Of a stretch of DNA of 64,000 nucleotides, positions 39,200 to 49,178 are shown one piece after another (positions within the stretch are counted from its first letter, which is position 1; each line of letters begins with the position of its first letter). Under the pieces are notes generated by a model. That model was not told where the DNA came from. It saw only the letters and a list, made by a program, of their open reading frames with translations, and did not search any database. Source of the DNA: a virus (lineage: Duplodnaviria; Heunggongvirae; Uroviricota; Caudoviricetes). The position numbers and the translations under genes are program-made. Where the stretch lies: the IMG/VR virus record IMGVR_UViG_3300028888_000086; one strand, 5' to 3'.

Positions 39200-39900
39200 A
39201 AAAAATAAACAGATATATTAATTTACCTGTTTACATATATAAGGCTTTCAAGGATTATTAAACGGTCGAAAATTTAAAGCCAAAAAAAATCAATTAAAAT
39301 ACTTAAATTTATAATTGAATATCAGGCTTTTATTACTACGACCGAAATTAATAAAACACACTTTATAAACATTAAAAATCTTATAAATAGAAAAAAAGAA
39401 CCCAGCTTTAATGCCGAGAAAGAAATTTAGGTTTTCTTATTATATTAGAAGTTATTGTTTTCTTAATTTAATTTTGACTTCACTTATTATTGATTTATAG
39501 TTATATCGTTTTGTGAATTTAATATAATCTAAATCTTTTATTCTTAGTCTAGGTAATATCATAACAACACCTCCTTTCAAATTTTTACCTAGGGTTCTTT
39601 TACCAGCAATGTTATATTTTGCTGGTTTTTTTTGTTAATAATTTCGAAAATAAAAATAAACAAGTATTTAATTTACCTGTTTACATATATAAGGTTTTGA
39701 AGGATTATTAAACGGTCGACACTTTAAAGCCAAAAATCAATTAAATACTTAGATCTATAATTGAATATTCTCGGCTTTTATTATTACGACCGAAATTAAT
39801 AAAACACACTTTATAAACATTAAAAATCTTATAAATAGAAAAAAAAGAAAGAACCCAAGATTAAACTTAGGAAAGAAAGAATAATTTGCTTTCTTATCTA
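39200..39900. repeat. two tandem ~250-bp repeat copies (~39200-39445 and ~39648-39900; period ~450 bp). Each holds a minus-oriented promoter plus TSS hairpin and a conserved structured element (nested stems CGGTCG...CGACCG / AAAGCC...GGCTTT) with an identical 60-nt block
   Basis: Direct sequence comparison: cgaccgaaattaataaaacacactttataaacattaaaaatcttataaatagaaaaaaa is identical in both copies. Confidence 0.7.
39500..39610 (-). CDS. small ORF (~35 aa, MILPRLRIKDLDYIKFTKRYNYK...) with the only canonical Shine-Dalgarno (GAAAGGAGGTG) seen in the window
   Basis: Downstream of the repeat-copy-2 promoter on the minus strand. The SD sits 7 nt before the ATG. Confidence 0.35.
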
Positions 39901-40202
39901 TCGTAGAATTAAGTCTTTTTACGGAACTTAATTATATTTTCTTTTGTAATGGATTTTTGATTATATTTGGTTCTTAATTTTACATAATCTATATTATCCA
40001 TATTAGTTTTAAGTTTAAATTCTATCAATTTTCTTACACATCCTTTCTAATTTTTGATAGACTTTCTTTTCCTAGGATTTTAATAGTCCTAGGTTTTTCT
40101 TTTTTGTTAATTTGTTTCGAATAGGGAGATATTTCACTCCCTGGGTTTTAAGTTGTTGCGTTTGATATTAATCGATTAATGTCTTCTTCTGTTGATAATA
40201 CT

Positions 40203-40451
40203 TCATTTTGTGAAGTTTTTAACCAATCTAGTAATGTTACTAGTAGTGCAAAGCATAGGAACTAAAATACCTGCAATTAAACAGTTATTTTCAGTATTTT
40301 TATAGTACATTTTAGTATTCCTGTATTTACTTGGACTTGGAACATTACCTATAAATATCTCTCTTATCTCACTCTTTTTATTATTCTTTTTCACTTTTTG
40401 TTTTTTCTCAATTTTAATGAGTTTTAGAATTTTTTTAATAGATTTTTTCAT
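40203..40451 (-). CDS. small basic hypothetical protein
   Basis: 82-aa K-rich ORF. Confidence 0.35.
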   Translation of the reverse strand: MKKSIKKILKLIKIEKKQKVKKNNKKSEIREIFIGNVPSPSKYRNTKMYYKNTENNCLIAGILVPMLCTTSNITRLVKNFTK

Positions 40452-40489
40452 ATTGTTAAATTTTAAATTGTTATTGTTTCGATGGAAGG

Positions 40490-41107
40490 TTAAATAACCT
40501 CCCCAGATTTTTGCTTGTTTATGAAATTTATTACAAAGCTAAATGTAAATAGTTTTCCATCCTTGAAGAAACCTAGTCTTATGTTCATTAGTTCTTCTAC
40601 GGATTTCTTGCCCATACCATCAGCATTCTTGTCAATATTGAAGTAAAATAAGTCTCCTATAGCATTCCATGCAGTTCTTTTATAACTCTTCTCTTTTTTC
40701 TCTTCCCAATCTTTCCACTTGAGTCCACGTTCTCCCATATAAGTTCTTTCATATTCCTCTTCATGGCGATCGATACAGTTTATCAATCTAACTGAAATAT
40801 TATTTTTATTATGGTACTTCATTAAATCTACCAAATTCATAGATTTAAGCATCACTAATGAGTTGTTATCCAGCTCATCAGATAATACTTCATATAGATT
40901 TAAAAGTTTCTTCTCATTCTCAAGTTGTTTTAATTTTGAGAGAGTTACTAATCCTCCATCTCTTATTTCTCCTTCTTTTCTTATTTGTTCAACTGTCTTT
41001 AGCCCTCGCATTTCCATAACAAGGCTTTTCAAGTCTTTTACCTTTATTGTGATTGTGTCTTCTGGATCACAATTATCACAAATAATTTTAATCGTTTCAT
41101 AATTCAT
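40490..41107 (-). CDS. hypothetical protein
   Basis: 205 aa; promoter (minus) at 41232-41252 with a 5'-UTR module. Confidence 0.55.
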   Translation of the reverse strand: MNYETIKIICDNCDPEDTITIKVKDLKSLVMEMRGLKTVEQIRKEGEIRDGGLVTLSKLKQLENEKKLLNLYEVLSDELDNNSLVMLKSMNLVDLMKYHNKNNISVRLINCIDRHEEEYERTYMGERGLKWKDWEEKKEKSYKRTAWNAIGDLFYFNIDKNADGMGKKSVEELMNIRLGFFKDGKLFTFSFVINFINKQKSGEVI

Positions 41108-41306
41108 AATTTATCCTTTCTTTTTTTGTTAATTTAATTCTTGAAAATAAAATAAATGTTATCATAATTTTACCTATAATAACATTTACTACTATGTGTT
41201 CCGACTTCGTTCCGTAAACTTCACTAGTCTTCACATATATAAGGCTTTCAAGAATTATTAAATGGAAAAATAAAAAGAGAGAATTTTATTTTCCCTCTTT
41301 ATTTTT

Positions 41307-43033
41307 TTAATTTAATGAGTTTAATAATGTATTGAATTCATCTTCTTCTTTCTTTTCATTTGTATAAAAATCTGGAAGTTTATTTAATACATTTTCAACT
41401 TTCTCTAATTCCTTTAATGATTTGATTTTTACAATTAATTTCTCAAAATCATTTCTCCATGAGGAAAATTTAAACCCACCAATAATAACATCATCTCTAT
41501 CAATATCTTTTCCTAACAATTCTTTAGTAGCTTGAATCATAAAGGTAGTTCTCCCTACTAAACTTGCATAGATATTAATTAACTTTTCTTCATTATCAAT
41601 AATTCTCAGAGGAGTAGATTTATTATTTTCATCCCATAGAATAAGATTAGTCTCATACTCCTTTGAATTTTTCTCTACTAATTTCTCTAATTCTTCTTTT
41701 CTTTTTGTTAATTCTTTTACTTTTTTCTGAATTAACTCATCTCTGTTTTCTTTTTTACTCATATTTCTTTTATATCTTTAACTGGTAATTTGAAATGTGG
41801 TATATTTTTACAATCTGATATATAACTTAAATTATTATCTTTTAGTAAATCATATAAAGAATCACTGTAATATCCATCTTTTGTTTTGTATATTAAGTTG
41901 GTTCCATTAGATATACAGTCATCTTCATATTTAGTTCTATTTCTTTTTATATCATTTATCACACTTATATCAACTTCTGGATAAACTATTTCTCCGTACC
42001 AAGCTCCATCTTTACGTTCACTTTTTCCAATATCAGAGAATTTATTTATTACATTTCCAGACTTTCCAACTTCAATAAATGGATATAGAGAGTAATAATG
42101 CTGTCCTCTATAATATGCATCTCTAGTATCAACTTCTATACCTTTACATAGTTTTACAGATTTACCATCATCTAAAATAATAGCTCTGGTATTCCAATAT
42201 GCTTCCCAAGTTAAATCTCCAGTTCCTACATATCTATATTCTTTACATTTTTTAGTAGGTATAGGTATAAATGTTTCTATAAATTCATCACTACTATTCC
42301 AAAACTCTAGAGAATAAGCAGTTAAAGAAAATCTATATTTAATATCATTTATTTCCTCTTTATCAATAACATTATCTAAGACCTTTACTAATATTGAATT
42401 TAAATTTTTAGAATACAATATCTTTTTCTTGTTTGGATCTATAAATAATGACTTAGTAAAATATTTTGTTCCTAGTCTATTTTGTATTTTGAAATCCCCA
42501 ACATAAACTAGAATTTCATCACCTTTGAATTTATATGAACTACCAATAACTAAATCAGACTTTTTTGTTTCGGGCTTACTAAATAAACTATCAGAAAGTG
42601 TTTTAGACTCCTTATAATCATCTGTACACTCTGGAATAAGAACTAAATCTATACCATTCCACCCATAACAAAATTTTCCATCTAAGCCTTTTCCTTTATA
42701 ACAGTCAACCCAATCTAAAATCCAAAGTAAATTATCTATTGTTATTTCTATTTCAAAACCACGAGGATCATAAACCCTACAATATGACTGTCTATGATTC
42801 CATCCTGAACTATATCCACCAGCATGTTTATTTAATATGAAACCACTTATAGGATCATTAGAAAAAATATTATCACCTAAACTTGAATCTCTCCATGATT
42901 GCCAGGATGTTTCTTTTCTTAATTCTCCTTTTTGATCATAATAAATAACATAAGCTAATTTTCCAGTATATGTACCACCTCTTTTTTGATATCCTACTTT
43001 AATCTGTTTTGGTATAAAAAATGTACTACTCAT
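41307..43033 (-). CDS. two-gene operon of unknown function (41759-43033, 424 aa; 41307-41762, 151 aa coiled-coil), translationally coupled
   Basis: ATGA overlap; no recognisable catalytic motifs. Confidence 0.55.
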
Positions 43034-43162
43034 TTATATTTATTGTTTAATCTCATTTATAAGGTTTTTCAGTGTTATATTTTTGCTTTTCATTTAACTT
43101 ATTTTCCTTATATTTGGACTAGATAATAAAGTCTAGTCTTTGTATATTAATATTAAAGTAAA

Positions 43163-45650
43163 ATGAATAGAAGAATAGTAATTATTGATCCAGAAGAAAC
43201 CCAAGATAGTGTAAAATATTGGGGATTAGGATTAGGAACTGAGATTTATTTAACAGACTCTCTCAGTAAATTAAGCGATCAAGAGTTAAAAAATGGATTA
43301 AGTTTGGGACCTACTGATGCTGCTATGTTAGTCGGTGGAGGTGGATTTAACTTCTTCTTTGAAAAAACTGGTCTTCATGCTGGGATTAGAAGTGAGAACT
43401 GGTTTGATTGTACTAAGTTAGATCGTCTTAGTGTTGAAGGTGGATCTTATGTTAAAGTTCAAGCAGATTTACCAACACTAGAAGAGATTAAGTATTTTAT
43501 GAGTCCTGAATTTACTCAAGATGTAGATTTCTCATGGTTTAAGTCTAAGGTTATTCATGATTTCCAAGGCGCTATGAGATTCTTAGATTGGTTAGATAGT
43601 TTGCCAATGGATGAAGATTTTGCGGCGGATATCGAGGCAAGTGGTTTCCCGATGGATAAATGGTATGAGTGGTCTGGTGTATCAATCTGTAATAAAAACT
43701 TTGGAGGATTTATTAGCTTTACAGATATTAGATTTACTGCAACTAAAGAACAATATGAAGAGTTATTAAAGAAGTTAGGATTCTTTCTTACTAAACGAAT
43801 GAGTCATATTTGGACTTTTAATATGGGTTATGAGTTCCTGGCGTTTCATAGGATGTTAGGAGTAGATCTTTATAATTTATGTGATGCTGGAGTTTATAAT
43901 ATACTTGACGGATACCATAAAGATAAAAAATATAGTTTAAAGTGGACTGCACAGAGAGTAGTAAAAGCAAAAGTCTGGGATACTGAATTTGATTGGATTT
44001 CTGATATAGTTGATTCAATGCTTTATACAGTTGAAGGAAAGTTGAAAAAGGAAAAACATAAAGTGCTAAAAGTAACTCCAGAAAATTATAAATTAACAAA
44101 TGAATGGAAAGCTTTATGTAATAGATATCCTGAATATGTAAATGAATTTGAATCACTTATGTCTATCTATTTTGGAAATCCTTACATGATAATTCCTAGT
44201 GAGATTTTAGGTAAGTATTGTAATTTAGATGCTTTCTATACTTTGATGATACATTTGACTGAAAAACATTTATATACAGATAAAGCTAGAGAAGTATTTT
44301 TAGATAATATGAGATTAGCAACTAGACTTCACTCGTGTGGAATGCCTAAAGATGAAGAATATAGAGCAGCTTATGAACAATACTGTAAAGAGCAATCTGC
44401 ATTTGGAATTACTTATACAGCTATGGCCCGTTGTTTCTATAAGATGGAAAAACATAAAAAACTCATGGCAAATATAGATAAGTATTCAGACGTTGCTAAA
44501 AAAATGCTATATTCAAATAGATTCTTTAATGGTGATCCTATTGCTATTACTAAAGATATCCTAATTAATAATGTAGATGAACTTGATGCTTATGAATTAG
44601 GTTTAAATGAGGGAAAGTTATTAATGGATTATGGACCTGAATTTGCCGAAAAATTTATAGAGTATACAAGAGAAGCTATGGAAGAGTGTGAGATGATTAA
44701 GCTATATAAGAAAACAGGCCAAAAAGTATTAAAAAAGAAAATAGATAATACTGTTGGTGGGAAGAAAAAACTTATACAGGTACTTAGTCAAAAAATCATA
44801 CCTTTAATTGGACTTGATAAAATAAAAATTAATAATAAACATATAGAGCTTGAAAAATATTTATATTATAAAAGAGCTTATGATGAATTAACAAACGTAG
44901 TTAATACTCAATTAGGGGATATCTATCATATTCCTAAAGAAGTATATGCATTTGGTAGAAGAATGGAATTACTTGAATATAATAATTTAATAGTTTCTGA
45001 ATATTTTAAATGTTCTTCACCTATAGAAAACGACGAAATAGCAAAAGAATTAACAGAACTATTTAAACCACAGACTATATTTCTTGCTACCATATTTACG
45101 ATGACTCAGCAACTTCCAAATGCTGAAAAATACTATAGTGAATTAGGTATTAACACAATTGAAGAAGCTTATGAACATTTTATGAGTAATTGGAAAGCTT
45201 ATGCAAATGATGGTATACCTGTAGGACAAACACAATATCCAGAACAAATTTATACAGAGGCAGGTACATTCTATAAAAACATATCTTTAGATCCAGTTAA
45301 AGATGTTTGGACTTCCTTCGATGGATATCATGCAGAGTCCCAATTTTTCAAGTATGTAGATGATCAGTATTTAGAATATGAAAAACCATTTAGTCCAAGT
45401 GATTTAGATAATATTTGGTTCTTTCATAGAAAAATGACAATTAATTATTTAAGATATAAGAAATATGAAAAGATAAGAAGTACGTATTTATGTGGAATGT
45501 TTGAAGCAACTGATAAATGGGTTCTCGAAGATCCTAATAGTCATGTTGTTATTAGAGAATGTGATGAAAATGAACCAGGAGCAATAAAAAAGATGTTTGC
45601 TCATTTCGCTTGTATGGAGAAACAAACAAAGCGCTGGTCATCGGGTGAAA
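43163..45650 (+). CDS. polA: family A DNA polymerase exon 1 (3'-5' exonuclease plus N-terminal polymerase region; exon end approximate, the ORF tail to 45679 reads into the intron)
   Basis: DIEASG (Exo I DxE) and QTKRWSSGE (TGRLSSSDP region). Confidence 0.75.
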
Positions 45651-45894
45651 TGTTAGCCCCTCTATATAGTGATATATAGAGAAAATCCTGAATATGCTGG
45701 AAACTCCTAAAGCTTTATCTACCAAAGTGTGAAAATGATAAAGATATTACAATGGACAATCAGCAGGGATAACTCTGTAAAAAGAGAAGCCCTCAACGAC
45801 TACCAAGGGACATCTAAAATAAAATTAGATGAAGGTATAGTCTAAACCCAAAATAAAATATCTCGAAAGGGAGGGTATCAATTGTATCACACAA
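45651..45894 (+). mobile_element. group I intron 1 of polA (family 1, no ORF; boundaries +/-30 nt)
   Basis: R CCUCAACGACUACC (~45790-45803) and S GAUGAAGGUAUAGUCUAAACCC (~45829-45850) on the plus strand. These are reverse complements of the rpoB/rpoC intron elements. Confidence 0.6.
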
Positions 45895-46529
45895 TAATCT
45901 CAAAATCAGATATAAAAAGTACCATTTGTTCTTATCCAGGACATTTATTAAGTTATTTTGATATAAGTTCAGCGGAGGTAAAGAGTGCTGGATTTATGTC
46001 GAAAGACGAAAACTTAATAAATATGTTTAAAAATAATATTGATGTATATATAGCAACAGCAAAATCGTATCTTCAAGATAGATGGGATACATTAACTAAA
46101 AAAGAGCAAAAAGCATTTAGAAAAACATTTAAAACTGTTACACTTGCACTTATTTACGGGCAGGGCGTTAATGCCCTAGCTAGTAGATTAAACATTACTA
46201 AGCAGGATGCTCAAGCTATTGTAGATCAAGTTTATACTTCTTATCCAAAACTTAGAGAATATATTAAAGAACAACAAGAATATCCATTACATCACAACGG
46301 AAGAGTGCGAACTTTCTTTGGAGATGTTTTGGTTGCAGAAGAATGGAAATATTATTTAAAAGCTACAGATCCATATGAAAAAAAAGCATTAGCCGCTCGA
46401 ATTGGCAGGGCTGGGAGCAACTATCCCATACAAGGTGGCACGAGCCTGGCGATGAGCAGTGGTTTCTTTAACGACCTACGAGTAGCAAAACAAGAAGGTT
46501 GGGATTTAACAAGTTTTATAACGGTCCAT
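45895..46529 (+). CDS. polA: family A DNA polymerase exon 2 (motif A through motif C His)
   Basis: SYFDISSAEVK (DYSQIELR), TLALIYGQGVNALASRL...YTSYPKLREYI (motif B/O-helix region), NYPIQGGTSLAMS, ending ...TVH| at the H of the catalytic VHDE. Confidence 0.8.
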
Positions 46530-46815
46530 AAGTAAAATTGTGGCATACTGAAGTAATTTAGTATGAAAAAGATTGTGAACTCATATATGTGAGGTGTCTA
46601 AGAAAATAAAAAATCTTAGGCTAACGGTAAAAGCTAAGTTAGAAATAATATGCTAATACCGTGCCAAGTCAGAAATGAAAGGTGTAGAGACTATCCTTTA
46701 TGGAGTAGGTTTATAGTGAAATTCTATATTCCGAAGTGCAATCCATCTTGCAATATAGATGATGATATAGTCCAGCTCTAATGGAAACATTAGGAGAAAG
46801 CGGATTCTAATACTT
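46530..46815 (+). mobile_element. group I intron 2 of polA (family 1), inserted inside motif C between His and Asp
   Basis: The 5' exon ends CAU. R GGUGUAGAGACUAUCC (~46678-46693) and S GAUGAUGAUAUAGUCCAGC (~46759-46777) are nearly identical to rpoC intron A. The 3' end is approximate. Confidence 0.6.
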
Positions 46816-47186
46816 GTGATTTTCCAGCAGATAAATTATGGGATATCAGAAAATTTTACGATCATAACTTTACAGATTTTTGCTATGAAATGACAGGAAT
46901 TCAGTTATTGTTTGATATCTTAATTGGAGCGTCATATCAAGATGCATGTGAAGCTAAATCAATAGATGATAATACTGTAGAATTAACGGGTAACGCACGA
47001 TCCCATTTAATGATTATACAAAAACTAAATGAATGTCCTGGTCTAAAATATACTATAGACATGAATATAGATGATATAGTACCAGATTTTGAAACTAATT
47101 GTACAAAAAGATTTATAAAAGAAGCAGGATGTTCGTTTGTTATGGATAATTCAAAATATTCAATCAAGTATACAAGATTGAGTTAA
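46816..47186 (+). CDS. polA: family A DNA polymerase exon 3 (C-terminal tail; contains annotated ORF 46890-47186)
   Basis: The open frame extends upstream of the Met to ~46795 and would begin DDFPAD... after VH, giving VHDD. IIQKLNECPGLKYTIDMNI resembles the Pol I C-terminal IHQLMENCTRLDVPLLVEV. Confidence 0.5.
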
Positions 47187-47227
47187 AAATAAATAGAGGA
47201 AGGAAATTAATCCAACCTCTATCTTTT

Positions 47228-48850
47228 TTATTTGGTTTTATATGTATTAATCTCTTTTATCAGACCCTCTTTATTAGTTATTATTGGCGAAAAATAATTT
47301 GATATGCTATTATTTATAAGTACTTTCTCTTCTTTTCCAGCACCAGATAAATTGGGATCATAATAATAAAGAATTTTTATATTGTGTTGATTACATAAAT
47401 TATACTTTGTTAAATCTCTTTTATACCCTTCATTAAATGCTAGTAAACCTCCAAAATAATCTACTGGAATAAAATGTTGATCTCCATGAGCTTCTATAGC
47501 TATGTTAAAGTCTTCTAAATAAAAATCTAGTTTTAAATTTTTATTATATTTTAGCCACGTAAATGTTTTCTGAAAGTGATATTTTATTTTTAGTTCGTCT
47601 AATATCTCTCTAACTGAGTTTTCTAGCATTGAAATTATTTCATCTACATATACTAATTGTTCAGGAAGTGTTAATGATTTTCGATAAAGAGAATAGTATC
47701 TCTTTTGAAATTCCGATGGATTTTTTATATTATTTGTATTTATAAACTCTTGAAATTCTTGTACAGTATTTATATTATCAATTAATCCATTTGGTAAAAA
47801 TTTTTGTATTCTATTTGGATAGATAACTTTTGAAGTTAGTTTAAGATGTGTTAGCCTACTATAGATATCATTAAATCTTTTTCTAAAATCAGAAGGAGAT
47901 TGTATATTTTCTTTATTTATCAATTCTTGGAAGTCTGTTTCAGAATTGTACTTTTTTAATTCTGAATTAGATTTTGGTCTTAAAGGAAACTCTAATTTTG
48001 AATCCCACTTATTTCTTAGTATTTTAGCATACATAGACATATTAGACCTTCTTATTTCATCTAAATATACTATTTTATTTACTATTATATAATTTTGTAT
48101 ATAATCAAAAGTATATAAATCTAATTCCGAGTTTTGTAATTTTAATTCTGTATATCCAACATCTTCAGATTTTATGCCAAGCTTCCTCATACGTTTATCA
48201 ACTTTAGGGAACCTATTTAACATATCAGCTACATTCTTAATATTATTCTCTTCTATGAATTTCTTGAAGTCTTCAATTGTATTTAATTTCGAAGTATCTA
48301 ACCATCCAGGAAATGTTAATAGTCTATTTCCCTTCTTAAGATATCCAAAGTCCAGTGCCCATTTATACTCAGTTTTATAATTTTCTCGAAAGTCCTTTGG
48401 GCTAGATATATTATTATCGTTAATAAACTTCTGAAATTCTTCTATAGATCTTAATTTATTTTCCCTTTCGTATTTTAATGGATTTTTATATTTTATCTCT
48501 TTAGCTAGATGTTTTCCAACTAATTTTTTATATGTTGAGGGAAATCTGGAATTAAAGTCTGAATAATTCTCTATATTGTTCTCGTCAACAAATTTTTGAA
48601 AGTCTTCTAAATTATTCAGATTTTTATTCGTTTTAAAATCTCTAGTCTTTTCAGTATACACTACATCATCATTGAACTTCAGATATTTAAGTCTACTATG
48701 AACCTTAAGATATCTTTTCTTTAAATCAGAGTTACTTTTTATATTGTTATTCGCAATAAATCTCTGAAAATGATCTAATTCTGTGAAATCTTTTGCATTT
48801 ATTTCATCATTAGATACTCCAATTTTGTCAAAACTTTTTATATTATTCAT
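47228..48850 (-). CDS. homing-endonuclease-like protein: 6 N-terminal ~40-aa repeats plus C-terminal Vsr/PD-(D/E)xK-like nuclease (paralog of the rpoC intron ORF nuclease domain)
   Basis: Repeat (L/I)E(D/E)FQKFI.ENNI....DF..R(F/Y) occurs 6 times. The C-terminus has LKLDFYLEDFNIAIEAHGDQHF. Confidence 0.7.
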   Translation of the reverse strand: MNNIKSFDKIGVSNDEINAKDFTELDHFQRFIANNNIKSNSDLKKRYLKVHSRLKYLKFNDDVVYTEKTRDFKTNKNLNNLEDFQKFVDENNIENYSDFNSRFPSTYKKLVGKHLAKEIKYKNPLKYERENKLRSIEEFQKFINDNNISSPKDFRENYKTEYKWALDFGYLKKGNRLLTFPGWLDTSKLNTIEDFKKFIEENNIKNVADMLNRFPKVDKRMRKLGIKSEDVGYTELKLQNSELDLYTFDYIQNYIIVNKIVYLDEIRRSNMSMYAKILRNKWDSKLEFPLRPKSNSELKKYNSETDFQELINKENIQSPSDFRKRFNDIYSRLTHLKLTSKVIYPNRIQKFLPNGLIDNINTVQEFQEFINTNNIKNPSEFQKRYYSLYRKSLTLPEQLVYVDEIISMLENSVREILDELKIKYHFQKTFTWLKYNKNLKLDFYLEDFNIAIEAHGDQHFIPVDYFGGLLAFNEGYKRDLTKYNLCNQHNIKILYYYDPNLSGAGKEEKVLINNSISNYFSPIITNKEGLIKEINTYKTK

Positions 48851-49178
48851 GAGTTTTAATGTTTTTAATTTTAATCCCAGAACAATAACTGGATCAAGTA
48901 AGTTAATTTATTGTAATTGTGATTCCATAATGTTTATAGTGAAGGGCTTTCTCAGTTAGCTAATCTAATACTCACCCTTCAAACATCATGAATAATTTGA
49001 AACTTGAGAGAACGAACAAAAGGAGTACGCAAAAATACACACTCTTCTCATTGTCTCCTCTCACTTATAAGATTCAAACCCCGTCATAAGCGCATTTTTA
49101 TCATTTCAGGCATTATAAAACTTAGAATACGCTTATAGACTTTTTATTTCAAGCGATATTTAGTTTTTAATATTTGAA

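Noticed and set aside
46890-47186. Reading 46890-47186 as a free-standing intronic ORF
   Set aside because: Its frame is open upstream to ~46795. It joins in phase to polA exon 2 at motif C, and it shows Pol I C-terminal-like sequence. Treated as exon 3, though this needs transcript evidence.
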